The position numbers and the translations under genes were made by a program. Below, one piece after another: positions 48,128-58,959 of a DNA stretch of 64,000 nt. Positions within the stretch are counted from its first letter, which is position 1. Every line of letters begins with the position of its first letter. The notes below the pieces were generated by a model, which worked only from the letters and a program-made list of their open reading frames with translations, made no database searches and had not been told where the DNA came from. Location: positions 7,123,031 through 7,187,030 of the forward strand of contig NC_092653.1 in assembly GCF_032118995.1 (NCBI RefSeq). Direction: 5' to 3'. The DNA is from Asterias amurensis (Eukaryota).

Positions 48128-48660
48128 CTGCAGAAAAGAGAAAAGGGAAAAACAAAAATTTCCATAGATATCATTATTGGCCGTGTTCTGTTTCTTGGAA
48201 AAGTCTTTTAAAATCTTGTATCACCATGCTGGGCTGATATAATCTAATATTCAAAAGGGAAACCGCCACAAAAATAAGTTTTTCCATTTTTTAAAGCACT
48301 TTAAAAAAAAAGTCGAAATCAGGTGAGATGTTACATGCCTGTGGGAAAAAAAGGTTAAAATTTAAACGGTATCAAATAATTTACTATAAGGAAAACTGGG
48401 ATCCCCTGGCTGATGCTTCCCAGTTGGTTTCATAAGATTAGTTGTGATTCCTGGATACACAACATCGATTGTGTGATTTCTGACTTGCACCATCCAACAA
48501 AAATGTTGACAAAATAGGGAGAACCCCCCCCCCCCCCCAATCAGTTGGTAGAGCACAATACTCCGAAAGTCATTGGTTCAAATCCTGCTCTATTTAATAT
48601 TTCTTTGTTAAACACACACAAAATTAAATGGTGATGACTTTTAATTCTTTTAACATTTAC

Positions 48661-48850
48661 CTGCTTGGCTGTATGTCCTCTTCCTGTCCATGTCGGGACT
48701 AGCAGTTGGCAGGGCACCAGGGAAGCTTTTGCGTAGCTCCTTGGCCTTTATCTGTGATGATAATGCTGATACTGCAGGAGGAAGCTGTGTTGAGATGGCC
48801 ACAGGTGTGCTCAGTGGGCGGGTGCTACCACTGTTGGTAATGACTTTTAC
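48661..48850 (-). CDS. SRCAP: Domino-type ATPase exon (EP400_N-like continuation)
   Basis: Acceptor ccctccatag|GTAAAAG, donor CAAGCAG|gtaaat, phase 0->1. Peptide VKVITNSGSTRPLSTPVAISTQLPPAVSALSSQ resembles EP400 VKVVTGKDGQTGTPVAIATQLPPKVSAA. Confidence 0.7.
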
Positions 48851-49044
48851 CTATGGAGGGAAATTAGAAACTGATTAATTGACCATTAGGGAAAGACTTG
48901 CACAGCTTGAGTGTCCTTCAACAAAATGTTGATTTTTCCATCACAGCTTGGAATTCAGTACAACAATAATAAAATAAATGGGATTTTGAATCCATAGCTA
49001 GGGTTAGGAATAGCTGGAAAACAAAATACTTAAAGATTGTTTAC

Positions 49045-50163
49045 CTCATCATTGATTGTTATCTCTTCTTCACGGCCTTCCAGTTTCTGATTCATCATGT
49101 AGTTATGCAGAGTTGGACATGGCCGTTTCTTCCACGCTATGAAATCCATCATGTTGTGTCCATTCTCCAAGAAGAACAGCTCTATTAATCTCTCCTTGTA
49201 ACCTTCTTGCAAGTCATGCAAGGTTTCAAGTTTGTGCTCGAGTAAACGAGTTCTCAGTTCAGCCACCTCATTGGTGGCGGGGGGATGGTCTGTTTCAGAG
49301 GCCATCAGTGGGGATTTGCGCATTCGCGATGGACTGGACGGTATAGGGTTTGTCCGTGCTGGGCTGCTCAGACTTCTGTGGTAGGCACCGCCACCGGCTG
49401 TGGGGCTCTTCCGGTCTGGTGCACCTCGTGTGGGACTGTGGCTGCTCATTCTCCGTGCTGCGCCAAAGTTGAGTCCGGAACTTGACAATGGTGGCATGGT
49501 AGATCTGGGCGAGCCTTGACCATGGTGGTGTATGGTTCCCACTGGTTGATGGTGGCTGGGCAGCAGCAAGGACTGTAGTTGAATTTGCTCTTGCGATATC
49601 TGGGGCTCCTCTCCTAATGAAAATAGCTTCGGGGTGTTGTGAAAAACATACGGGTTTGTGGTCCCGATGCTAGTTGGTGGAGTATTGACACTCATCTGCT
49701 GCATAGAAAGCCCAGTGCTTGGATCCACAAAGCCAGGACTCAGCTGCAGATTGATCACCTGATTCGAAGTGCCTGCAATGAGCTGGGTCCGCAGGCTTGC
49801 CAGTTGCATGAAGGCTTGTTGCCTGGCGACATCCTGATGATTCTGCTGTTGCTGCTGCTGCTGCAGGACAACTGCTGAAGGTGACACCTGTGCATGCTGA
49901 GCTGGCACCCGTATGGGCGACGTTTGAATCGGGCGACTTGAGGCAACAACCTGTGCCCCTTGTACACCTGCAACTGGGTTGATGAGGTACTGTTGGAGGG
50001 TATGCTGTGGGACAACATATCCCGATGAGTGCGAAGGGAGACCTTGTGACAGGTCTATCGATCGCTGAGTGGTTTGTTGTTGCTGTGGTTGAGGTTGTTG
50101 TGGCGGAGACCCCAGCTTGTGGTAGACCCCGCTTTGACTGTCGTCACTGCTTCCCCTCTGCAT
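49045..50163 (-). CDS. SRCAP: Domino-type ATPase, first coding exon (exon extends to acceptor at 50187); Q-rich N-terminus with EP400_N-like segment
   Basis: Acceptor tcttttttag|GAC at 50187 with an in-frame TAG just upstream. ATG at 50163-50161 in context gtaaccATGc. Donor GATGAG|gtaaac. The peptide ...YKERLIELFFLENGHNMMDFIAWKKRP...EEEITINDE resembles the human EP400 N-terminal region (...[27 protein letters not shown]...EVINDE). Confidence 0.7.
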
Positions 50164-51961
50164 GGTTACCACAAGCTCCTTGGGGTCCTAAAAAAGACCA
50201 GACAAAAAAACAAACAAAAATTAAGATGTTTCAAAAGACAAACAAAACCTTTCTGAACAAACAGAGGACAGAAACAAATAAAAAATTAAGACATTTAAGA
50301 AGATTCTTTCTTAACCTTCAAGATCAAAATAAAAGTTGTCATTACAAGGATAGCAGCTAATCAATACAACATCATTTTGCAGGATGATTGCAACCACCCT
50401 TACACCCTTCTTTTGTCAAACGTAATTTTTCTATCCAAACACAGTGATCATTATCTAGGAGGATAATGTTGACTGTTTTGCAATGAGTGCAGATCATTGA
50501 GTAGTAGAAGACTAGCTAGCCATGCTTTTGTATTTACGCAATGTCCAAATTGGCAACTTTATGTAGGTTTAGCACTGATGGAGAGGACCACCTAGGAAAA
50601 TATATAATTGAAAAAATTAATAAATTTTGACACATTTTTTGTTTCGCTTATTGGGACATTTCCCTCAAAATTTTGATTTGATCCTTCTAAGGATGACTTT
50701 ATTCCCTTGTGAAAAAAAGGAAACTGTTTGCCACAATTGCATAAAACCTTTTGTGATCATAAAAATTTATTATCTAAGTGTGAAAAAATTTGCATTGGAA
50801 GAAGAAGGACAACTTTACAAATAATGTCAAAAGTGAAGTATCAAAAGTTTCACTCGCTGATTAATTGTGGGTCACATTGATGTTTGTTTATCTTGCATAT
50901 TGCACACTCTGCCATTTTTTGAGCCCTACAGCTTGCATTTAATCTGTTTAATGTTTAGGCTACCAGCAATACCATACTCATTAAATTAGTTTTACAGAAG
51001 ACAAACATTAATAGTTTTGCTTCCAATGTCAAGAAGACCTATTGTGTTTTAACATAAAGTTGACAAAACAGATTTTGAAAAAGTGTTCATATGGCGCCAC
51101 CACAATTGGAATTTGTTACTTAATTTCGCAAAGGAAGGATAACTTTCCGTATGGCACCACCACTTTTTCACTCATTTTTACAAAAAGGGATATCTCATTG
51201 AGGTAAATTAGATACTTTATTATTTCATATCAAATAAAAAAGTGGTGGCGCCATACGGAAACTTTTCCCAAAGGAATTCAATAAGTCTCAGTTTCTTACC
51301 ATTCATGCCATTGGCTTTGTTGAACTATTAAAATCCATAGGAAATTTGCAAAGTTTTTTTTGCGGTTGGTTTTCGACCCTAAAAATATCTATCTGACTGC
51401 TCCTTTTTTACTCATTCAAGTTGCTACCCAAATCAATATCTAATAATACACATCATAATTGCACAAGCAGCAATTTAATAAATATATCTACAAGGTAAAC
51501 GAGTACGTAGATGACTCTATTCTTAGATTTAGAAATAGAGCAGGAATTTAAAAGGGGGAAAATCAGTCAAACGAAAATTGAAGAAAGCTGCCATTATTTC
51601 TTACACTTTTTGGGCCAAAATTTCTATCAATCCCCAAAACCAAGGTAAAGTTGCAAACAATGTTAATTATAAAACCTCAAAACTGTACTAAAATCTAATA
51701 TTACTGGTGGAAGAAAGCGCCTGCACAGGTAGCAGACTACGGAGTGCGGGACAATTTCCCTGCGCCATGATGATCCAGCTACCTTCCCGGCCAACGTGTC
51801 ACGAGTATGCAGTGCAAATGTGCCGCACAATCCATTACATTGCCCTTGCGTTATCACAATGCACGGCACACAGTGTTTGGCATACAATCGCATGACATCA
51901 CGAGGCCGGCGAACGTCCATATTCCACCAACGAACACAACACAGAGACAAAATACACTTAC

Positions 51962-52060
51962 ATTTTATCGGAGATATCGCAGCGAATTACAGCCCATCGG
52001 CGGGCTTGAACCCTCCATCCAGGTCGCTTGCACAACTAGGGACACAATTCTGCCATTTTG
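51962..52060 (-). other. candidate 5' non-coding first exon (TSS position unknown)
   Basis: The donor AAAAT|GTAAGT lies immediately 3' of the promoter-like motifs. The 5' end is not determinable from sequence. Confidence 0.25.
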
Positions 52061-52300
52061 GGCAGCCAATGTGACGTCTTAAATATAAAAATGGTAAAAT
52101 GTTCCTGTTTTTGTACGTTCTTCTTTTGACGAAACGGCCTCCAGGATAATGGCGGATCCGTTCATAGCAATCTCATCGTACATGCACAAAATCTGAATAA
52201 ATTATGTAAAATAACCTCGCCCGGTGACGTATATCTGTGCTGATTGGTTGTTGAGCTAAAGGCTCACCCATTGCGTAGATAAGAGGCGGGAAATTTGGGA
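51962..52300 (-). promoter_or_regulatory. putative TATA-less promoter and TSS region of the Domino-type gene
   Basis: E2F-like GGCGGGAAA at 52285-52293 (reads TTTCCCGCC on the - strand). CCAAT boxes in both orientations (ccaat 52066-52070; tgattgg 52240-52246). CRE-like TGACGTC (52072-52078) and GTGACGTA (52224-52231). On the - strand this is followed by a GTAAGT donor (51961-51956). The first coding-exon acceptor lies 1.8 kb downstream at 50187. Confidence 0.35.
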
Positions 52301-54236
52301 TGCAATGGGAGATAGCATTTTCATTCATGGTGATATTCTATGCCTAAAAAGATTCAACAAGTGTTGATTACATTTGTTTCATTATTTTCTTATATTGAAA
52401 GATTCTATACTAAAAGTTTCTTTTTCCTAAAGCTTGTTCTGGTTACAATAAAAGAAAATAATTTAATGAATAAAGACTTCAAAATAATATAATCAAAAGA
52501 AAAAGAAAATTTGTCAAGACCATAATTTGTCTGACTTGTCAATAGATGCCACACATATTGATTTTCAATGATAAATAAATTAAATATTCATGAAACTAAT
52601 TTTATTGATTTCAACTATTTTCAAGGTTTGTCTCTTTTCAACAAGAGTGAATATACAAATAAAGAATAACACCCGATTTGTCAAAAAGGCAGAATGTTAT
52701 ATACAAACTTAATGTATAACAAAAAGTTATATACAAACTTAATCGTAAATACCTTTCCCAAACAAATGGAATTTCGTAAATCAAAAATACTAAGCACTTC
52801 TCTTAGCAATTTCATGAATATAATATGATAGTATAGATCAATAACATGATACTTATTTGAAGTAATAATAAGGCACATGAAACTTGGCAAAATATAATGA
52901 GACATATTTCTGACTGTGAAAAAGACAACATTATGTGATAACAAGTTGAACTTTTTTTCACAATAAATGTAGGCAACTTGGTGATTTACAATTGTTCCAA
53001 TACTAATTTTTCAATTAAACTAAAACAATATCTCGTTCTTTTATCAGAATTATCAATTAGAAATTAGAAACACGAATGACATTGCGCATACAGGGCCCAG
53101 TTTCATAAAGCTGGATATAAGCATAAAAAATAATAAGAAGAATATTTATATGGCGCCAAAATCCACCAAAATGAGGTGCTCAAGGCACACAGGAGGGGAA
53201 ACCAGACACAGCAAGGAAAATAAGACAAATAGACCAGTTACATATATGCGAGATTAAACAATGTGGTTTTCAACTTAACCTTGAAAGTATTGATGTTAGA
53301 AATATTGCGGATTTCCAGAGGCAAGTCATTCCAGGGTGTGGGTCCAGCATGGGAAAAAGACCTATCGCCCCATGACTTGCTACTCTTAGTAATCTGTAGC
53401 ATGCATGTATTGGAGGATCGGAGAGATCGCACAGGAGTATAAGCTTTAACCAAAGAAAAAGGTGATAAGCTCAACAAAAACTTATCAGAATATGTTTATA
53501 ACCCAAAATGACATGTTAAATGTACAAACTGTAACTGGTTATCCTGCTAAGTTTTGCTTAGCAGAAAAATGATAAGCAATATTTTCTGCTTAAACACCCC
53601 TTAATGAAATTGGGCTAAGAAGTTACACAAGATGCTATGGTCTTAAGCCGTTTTTGAGATTTGGTGGGCACATATATTACTGTAGGCTTTGGGTAAGTCT
53701 CTCTGTTAATACCCACTGGGCCAATTTTATAAAAACCTGTAAGCACAAAAACCTGCTTGTGAAATGAAATAATGTTTTCAAATATTTTCACAAATCCTTT
53801 GATTCAAAAACAAGTTATAGTGACAATTTTCACACATGATTTGAATACTTTAGATTTTAAACGAGGTTACAAAGAACTCTTGTTTTGATCCAAGGAAAGT
53901 TCAGTATTTTTTTTATGGATAATCAATAAAACAACCATTAAACCACTTAAAATATTTTACTTCATGAGTTAACCGTAAATTTTGCAATGTAACAAGTCAA
54001 AACTGCTGGTAACAAGTCAATTTGAAAAAGCAGCCCTTTGTTGTGGAGCAATTATTTTGTTTATTTGGGTTTTTCCCCGTCCAATCAATGCCAAAATGAA
54101 GGATGGATATTATAGAATGATAAAATATTTAAAGCTTTGCATGTAGATAATAGGAAGGAACTACAACTAGAAAACTTCTGGGAATTCTAAAAACTGGAGT
54201 TTTGTACAAAGTGTATGTAAGGTTAATTCTCAAAGG

Positions 54237-54612
54237 CAGTGGACACTATTGGTAATGTCAAAGACTAGCCTTCACAGTTGGTGTATCTCAAAATAAGCAT
54301 AAAATAACAAACCTGTGAAAATAAATTTGAGCTCAATCGGTCATCGAACTTGCGAGATAATAATGAAAGAAAAAAATACCCTCGTCACACGAAGTTGTGT
54401 GTGTTTAGATGGTTGATTTCGAGACCTCAAGTTCTAAATCTGAGGTTTCGAAATCAAATTCGTGGAAAATTACGTCATTCTCTAAAACTATGGTACTTCA
54501 GAGGGAGCCGTTTCTCACAACGTTTTATACTATCAACCTCTCGCCATTACTCGTCACCAAGTAAGGTTTTATGCCAATAATTATTTTGAGTAATTACCAA
54601 TAGTGTCCACTG
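54237..54612 (+). mobile_element. MITE family A, copy 2
   Basis: Same TIRs and same internal sequence (gagctcaat.ggtcatcgaa.ttgcgagataataatgaaagaaaaa...). Confidence 0.8.
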
Positions 54613-55246
54613 CCTTTAACTACAGGAACATGAGGAAAGAACAAAAGCGGTCTCCACAGGGATAAGACAAAAATGTATGGTCTTCGACGCTCCAAACAGT
54701 ATTACTTAGCTCACCTTAAGTTACTTCCTAGTATTGAAAATGATCGCTGGAGGAGAAACAACAGAATACAAAGATGGGTGCTGTAAATAATAGTTCATGA
54801 GTTGACAGCAAATAGACAATCAGAAATATAAGCATTTCTGGCAGCATTAAGAAAAATAAACATCTGAATTTGGCTCTGAAACTTTTTGTATTGATCAGCA
54901 TACATACAAAACACAGCACATTATCTTATGAAGGCATCCATTATTGTCCTTCATCCAATGTTTATAGCACCCTCAGGGAAACAAACAAAATGTTGTAAAC
55001 AATTTTTTGAGATTCAGTACTAATTAAAGTACTGAAGTACTCAGTGTTGTAATTACATTGATCTAAATATAAATCTCCAAACTTAATTTTGTTGCTTGAT
55101 TGCTCGAAAAAGGTATTGTTGAAACAACACCCAAAAAGGCATTTCAAATACAAATTTCAAACACCAATTAAACGACCAACGAACATTCCTTTGAAAAACA
55201 GCACCATGGTAAATATTATTGAACATTATACGATTGTTGCACGGTG

Positions 55247-55350
55247 TGCCGGGGTCCATGGAGTTTTGTACACCCGAGGGGGAAAATGGAACCCAAGGCG
55301 AAGCCAAGGGTGCCATTTTCCCTCGAGGGTGTACAAAACCCATGGACCCC
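55247..55350. repeat. near-perfect ~40-bp-arm palindrome (hairpin) in the intergenic region
   Basis: ggtccatggagttttgtacacccgagggggaaaatgg ... ccattttccctcgagggtgtacaaaacccatggacc. Confidence 0.7.
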
Positions 55351-56479
55351 AATCACAGCGTCCAACAATTGATTTGTTATACTTTGGTAACATTAATATT
55401 CCTCTTCTCGAAGTTTTGTTGTTATCTTCAAACATTATTACGGAGTATTAACTTTTTTAATAAGCAGACGAACAAGAAAAAATTCTTGACTGTTCCCTCG
55501 AACCCGCAGGTGTTTCGTACACAGCACTGGAAATCGACCAACGCTGGGAACAATCAAGGTAATGTACACCGGTGTACATCACTTTTCATGCTACCCGGCC
55601 CGTCGAGCCATGTAACATGCGTTTTTGTTGCGAGTCACATGATTGGTTCTCGACCAATCAAACTTCACAGTTTGTTACCGAGGTATAACAATTTTAGTTG
55701 TAAACCTGATAGGCCCCAACTCCCCTGAAACTCTTTACCTGAATATCTTTACAGACACAGGACAATTCCAAATTCCAAAAATCTCTTAAAACACAACATA
55801 TCAGATCGGCGTTCGAACACATGTGAGAATTTAGAGTAACCTTGACCGATGCCTCTGAGGGTTTAAAGTAAAAGTGCACCTTACAAATGCTGTGTTGAAA
55901 CCATTGTTATTATAAGACCCACTTCACATACATGTATTGTAGCAGCCATATTGGGGAGGTAGTGCTTTTTGCTCTACCGGCCAGGCTTCGAATTGATGAT
56001 ACCCAAGCCTACATTCGTATGGACTGTGAAAGGGGTAACCCTGTTTCAGCCCTAGGAGTAGGTTGGCAACGGCCTCTGGAAAATATAATTGTAGCCCACA
56101 CCTTGAAGTGGCCTTCAGGCCTTGTGTGTCAGGCGACTTGCATAAAAAAAAAAATAATAATTAGCATCACCTAGCCAGGAGTGCGGTCGAGCAAAAGCCC
56201 CCCTCCCATTTAAACAGTGCAGCAACATTTTAAAATACTCATCTTAAATTAGTTATCAAAAGATCTGGAAAATCACTATTTACAAGGGTAAACAGTTCTT
56301 ATTCACTCCATTTCCATACAAAAATAATGGACGAATAATATTTTTGTTGGAAATAAATAATGGGTGAACAGTGAACTTTTACAACACACAAGTCTCACAC
56401 AAAAAGTTGACTGTTGCCAAATCAGCTCTATCTAGTCTGGGATCATGCATTTGACCTGACTTGGGTAATGTCAAGGAGT

Positions 56480-56757
56480 TTAAAGGAACACGTTGCCTTA
56501 GATCGGACGAGTTGGTCTATAAAAAGTGGTTTACCTTTTACTGTGCTAATTAACACGGTCGGCCATTTATGGTAAGCAAAAATTTAAATGGCCGACAGTG
56601 TTAGTCGACGAGGTAAAAGGAAAACCATGCAATTTGGAGGCATGTTTGTGTGGATCATTGTATTCTACTTTTACAACATCTTTCTACCCTTATGCATTTT
56701 ATAACAAATGCTTTTCAAAGACCAACTCGACCGATCCAAGGCAGCTTGTTCCTTTAA
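56480..56757. mobile_element. small hairpin MITE related to the arms of the 45.2-47.9 kb foldback
   Basis: TIRs ttaaaggaacacgttgccttagatcggacgagttggtc ... gaccaactcgaccgatccaaggcagcttgttcctttaa. Confidence 0.7.
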
Positions 56758-57215
56758 TGAAACACGGTCCACGGCCCTGTCTGAATTGGCGGCTATTGCT
56801 AGGGCTATTGCTGGATCAGTGCATCATCATGCATTAGAGTATAGAGAGTCCTTAGCAACACACTTAGCAACAGACACAGCCGTAGCTGTAGTCACCTCTT
56901 TGAATACAGCCTGAGGGTAGACCGGAAAAAAAGTATTGTGTACTCTTTATATAATAATAATAATAATAATAATATATCTGCTGATTACCAGGGATCGTTA
57001 CTGTCATAGACCCTTTTGGAAACCACTGCTTCAGCTTTGGATTCGGCTCAGGCTAGCTTAGCCCCGCGGTTGTTTGACAGTTGCATATGCTTTGTGCATG
57101 CGCACAGGGATTCATACGAGAAGACGGAGCGTGAAGCCGAATCCAAAGCTGAGGGTTCGAAAAGGGCCATCGAGTTCCAGGAACCAGACGAAGATGGCAG
57201 CAACTTGACAAAGGT

Positions 57216-57327
57216 CTACTTGATCGCCTTGATGAAGACTGTCTCATCTGTCTCTGGGTAGACTGCTGGCAGCATGTCGTACTCTATCCAACCATCAGAC
57301 TTGACCTCGGCCTCCAATTTCTTTAAC
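57216..57327 (-). CDS. terminal coding exon of the tandem-repeat protein gene
   Basis: Acceptor ctgtcttctttctcacatacag|GTTAAAG at 57327 is exactly phase-compatible (phase 2) with the donor at 58960. Peptide (R)LKKLEAEVKSDGWIEYDMLPAVYPETDETVFIKAIK, then TAG at 57218-57216. Confidence 0.6.
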
Positions 57328-57824
57328 CTGTATGTGAGAAAGAAGACAGAGTTGACTTCTACCTATATAATCCTTTATCACGCTGTCTCCATCTTGGTCA
57401 TGTTCCCCGTTTCCAATAACAGTAATGAATGCTAACATTCAGTGCGCATGGCACCAGACTATTATTTCGTACAGCCTCAGTTTGGTTACAATGAGTTGGA
57501 ATGGAGTAAAATCATGATGGCCACACCGTGATAAAGGTCTATAGCCCAAGAGCTGTTCGGATTTGGAACAGGCTACCAGTGGCTACAGTCACTGCAACAA
57601 ATCTGCAAGGGTTCCAACAAGAAGCACTGTCAGCTATACGAGGGATGGAGGTTCCAATCTCTCTCAGGACAAACTGACAATACCACAACTTATAAAGAAC
57701 AATGTTGACAGCATATAAGCACAGAGCACAAATGGAGTTTGCAACCCACCCTCTCCAGGACAGCAGCAATGCTTTATAACAACTCAAGATTCAAGACATA
57801 GTTCGAATGTCAGCTTTTAAAGGC

Positions 57825-58166
57825 ACTGGACACTATTGGTAACTACTCAAAATATTTGTTAGTATAAAAACTTACTTGGTCACGAGTAATGGAGAGCTGT
57901 TGATAGTGAGAAACATCTCCCTCTGAAATAATGTAGTTATTGAGAAAGAAGTAAATTCTCACTAAAATATTTGAATTTGATTTCGAGATCTCAGAATTAG
58001 ATTTTGAGGTCCCGAAATCAAGCATCTGAAAGCACACAACTTTGTGTGACAAGAGTGTTTTTTCTTCCATTATTATCTCGCAACTTTCGACGACCAATTG
58101 AGCTCAAATTTTCACAGGTTTGTTATTTTGTGCATATGTTGAGACAATTACCAAAGGTGTCCAGTG
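57825..58166 (-). mobile_element. MITE family A, copy 3 (inverted), in the last intron of the repeat-protein gene
   Basis: TIRs cactggacactattggtaac ... attaccaaaggtgtccagtg. Confidence 0.75.
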
Positions 58167-58959
58167 TCTTTAAAGAGTTCAAACATATACCTCCTTTTCT
58201 CTGCAGTGTTGGCTTTCTTGAGTTCCTTAATCGTCGGGCGTCTGTTAAGCTTCACATTTCCCGATCGACGTCGTGCGGCAATTCTGTTCTTTCTTCCCCT
58301 CTTGAGCAACGTATCGTAGAAAATGCTGCGAAGGGCACTCTGGTGATCCTCCCTGTCCTTACTAGAGATCAAAGGCTCTTCCCATTCCAGTGGCATTGGG
58401 GTAATCAGGCCCTCACAAATGGCTCCTGTGGAAGTGAAATGTTCAAATAATTGTCACTTTCACAAGAAAATATTAAAAGATTTGTCAGACTGTAAATTAA
58501 CTATTAAAAATAGTTTATTCTTGTGTTTTAACACTTCAAGGCAATATAATAAAAGAATAAATCACTATTTCCAAATTCGAAAGCGATTCAGAGAGACATA
58601 TTCTTTCACCCAACTGAACCTGGTTATCTTTTACATACTGATTCAATTTGGATATATCAATTTTTTGATAATGACAAAATATTGACAACAAAAATCTTTA
58701 AAAGTGCTGTAACTGGGGCTCAATTTCATAGAGCTGCTGTAAAAGCAGTAAACGTAGCTCAATACAAAATATGAATGCTTACCAGACTACGATCAACAGC
58801 CATAACACCATGTCACATGTACTATTCATGACTGGTAACCTGCATCTTTTTGCTAAGCAGAAATGTTAAGCAAAAGTTCCTGCTACAGCAGCTCTATGAA
58901 ATTGGGCACAGGTAAACTGGCCTATAAACTAGGCAACAAGACCACTGACTTCAACTTAC

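Noticed and set aside
51663-51950. Cys/Arg/Trp-rich 95-aa minus-strand ORF (MSLCCVRWWNMDVRRPRD...)
   Set aside because: It lies in intron 1, downstream of the GTAAGT donor, and has an implausible composition. It probably reflects the GC-rich CpG context.
53238-53477. ORF ...RSFSHAGPTPWNDLPLEIRNISNINTFKVKLKTTLFNLAYM
   Set aside because: It resembles the pseudo-peptides produced by translating widespread interspersed SINE-type repeats in animal genomes. No start or splice context, intergenic position.
55089-55728. Overlapping + and - ORFs of 120-169 aa in the intergenic region
   Set aside because: They span the 55247-55350 perfect palindrome and read the same hairpin on both strands. No coding signal.
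57016-57261. Plus-strand ORF METTASALDSAQ...KRAIEFQEPDEDGSNLTKVYLIALMKTVSSVSG
   Set aside because: It overlaps, on the opposite strand, the terminal exon of the repeat-protein gene. The minus-strand reading has a strong acceptor, phase continuity and a stop.
58148-58417. Minus-strand ORF PLEWEEPLISSKDREDHQSALRSIFYDTLLKRGRKNRIAARRRSGNVKLNRRPTIKELKKANTAEKRR with an acceptor-like ttcacttccacag at 58418
   Set aside because: It cannot be joined in frame to the donor at 58960. It abuts MITE copy 3 and lies inside the intron that is better explained by the phase-exact 57327 acceptor. Kept only as a low-probability alternative exon.
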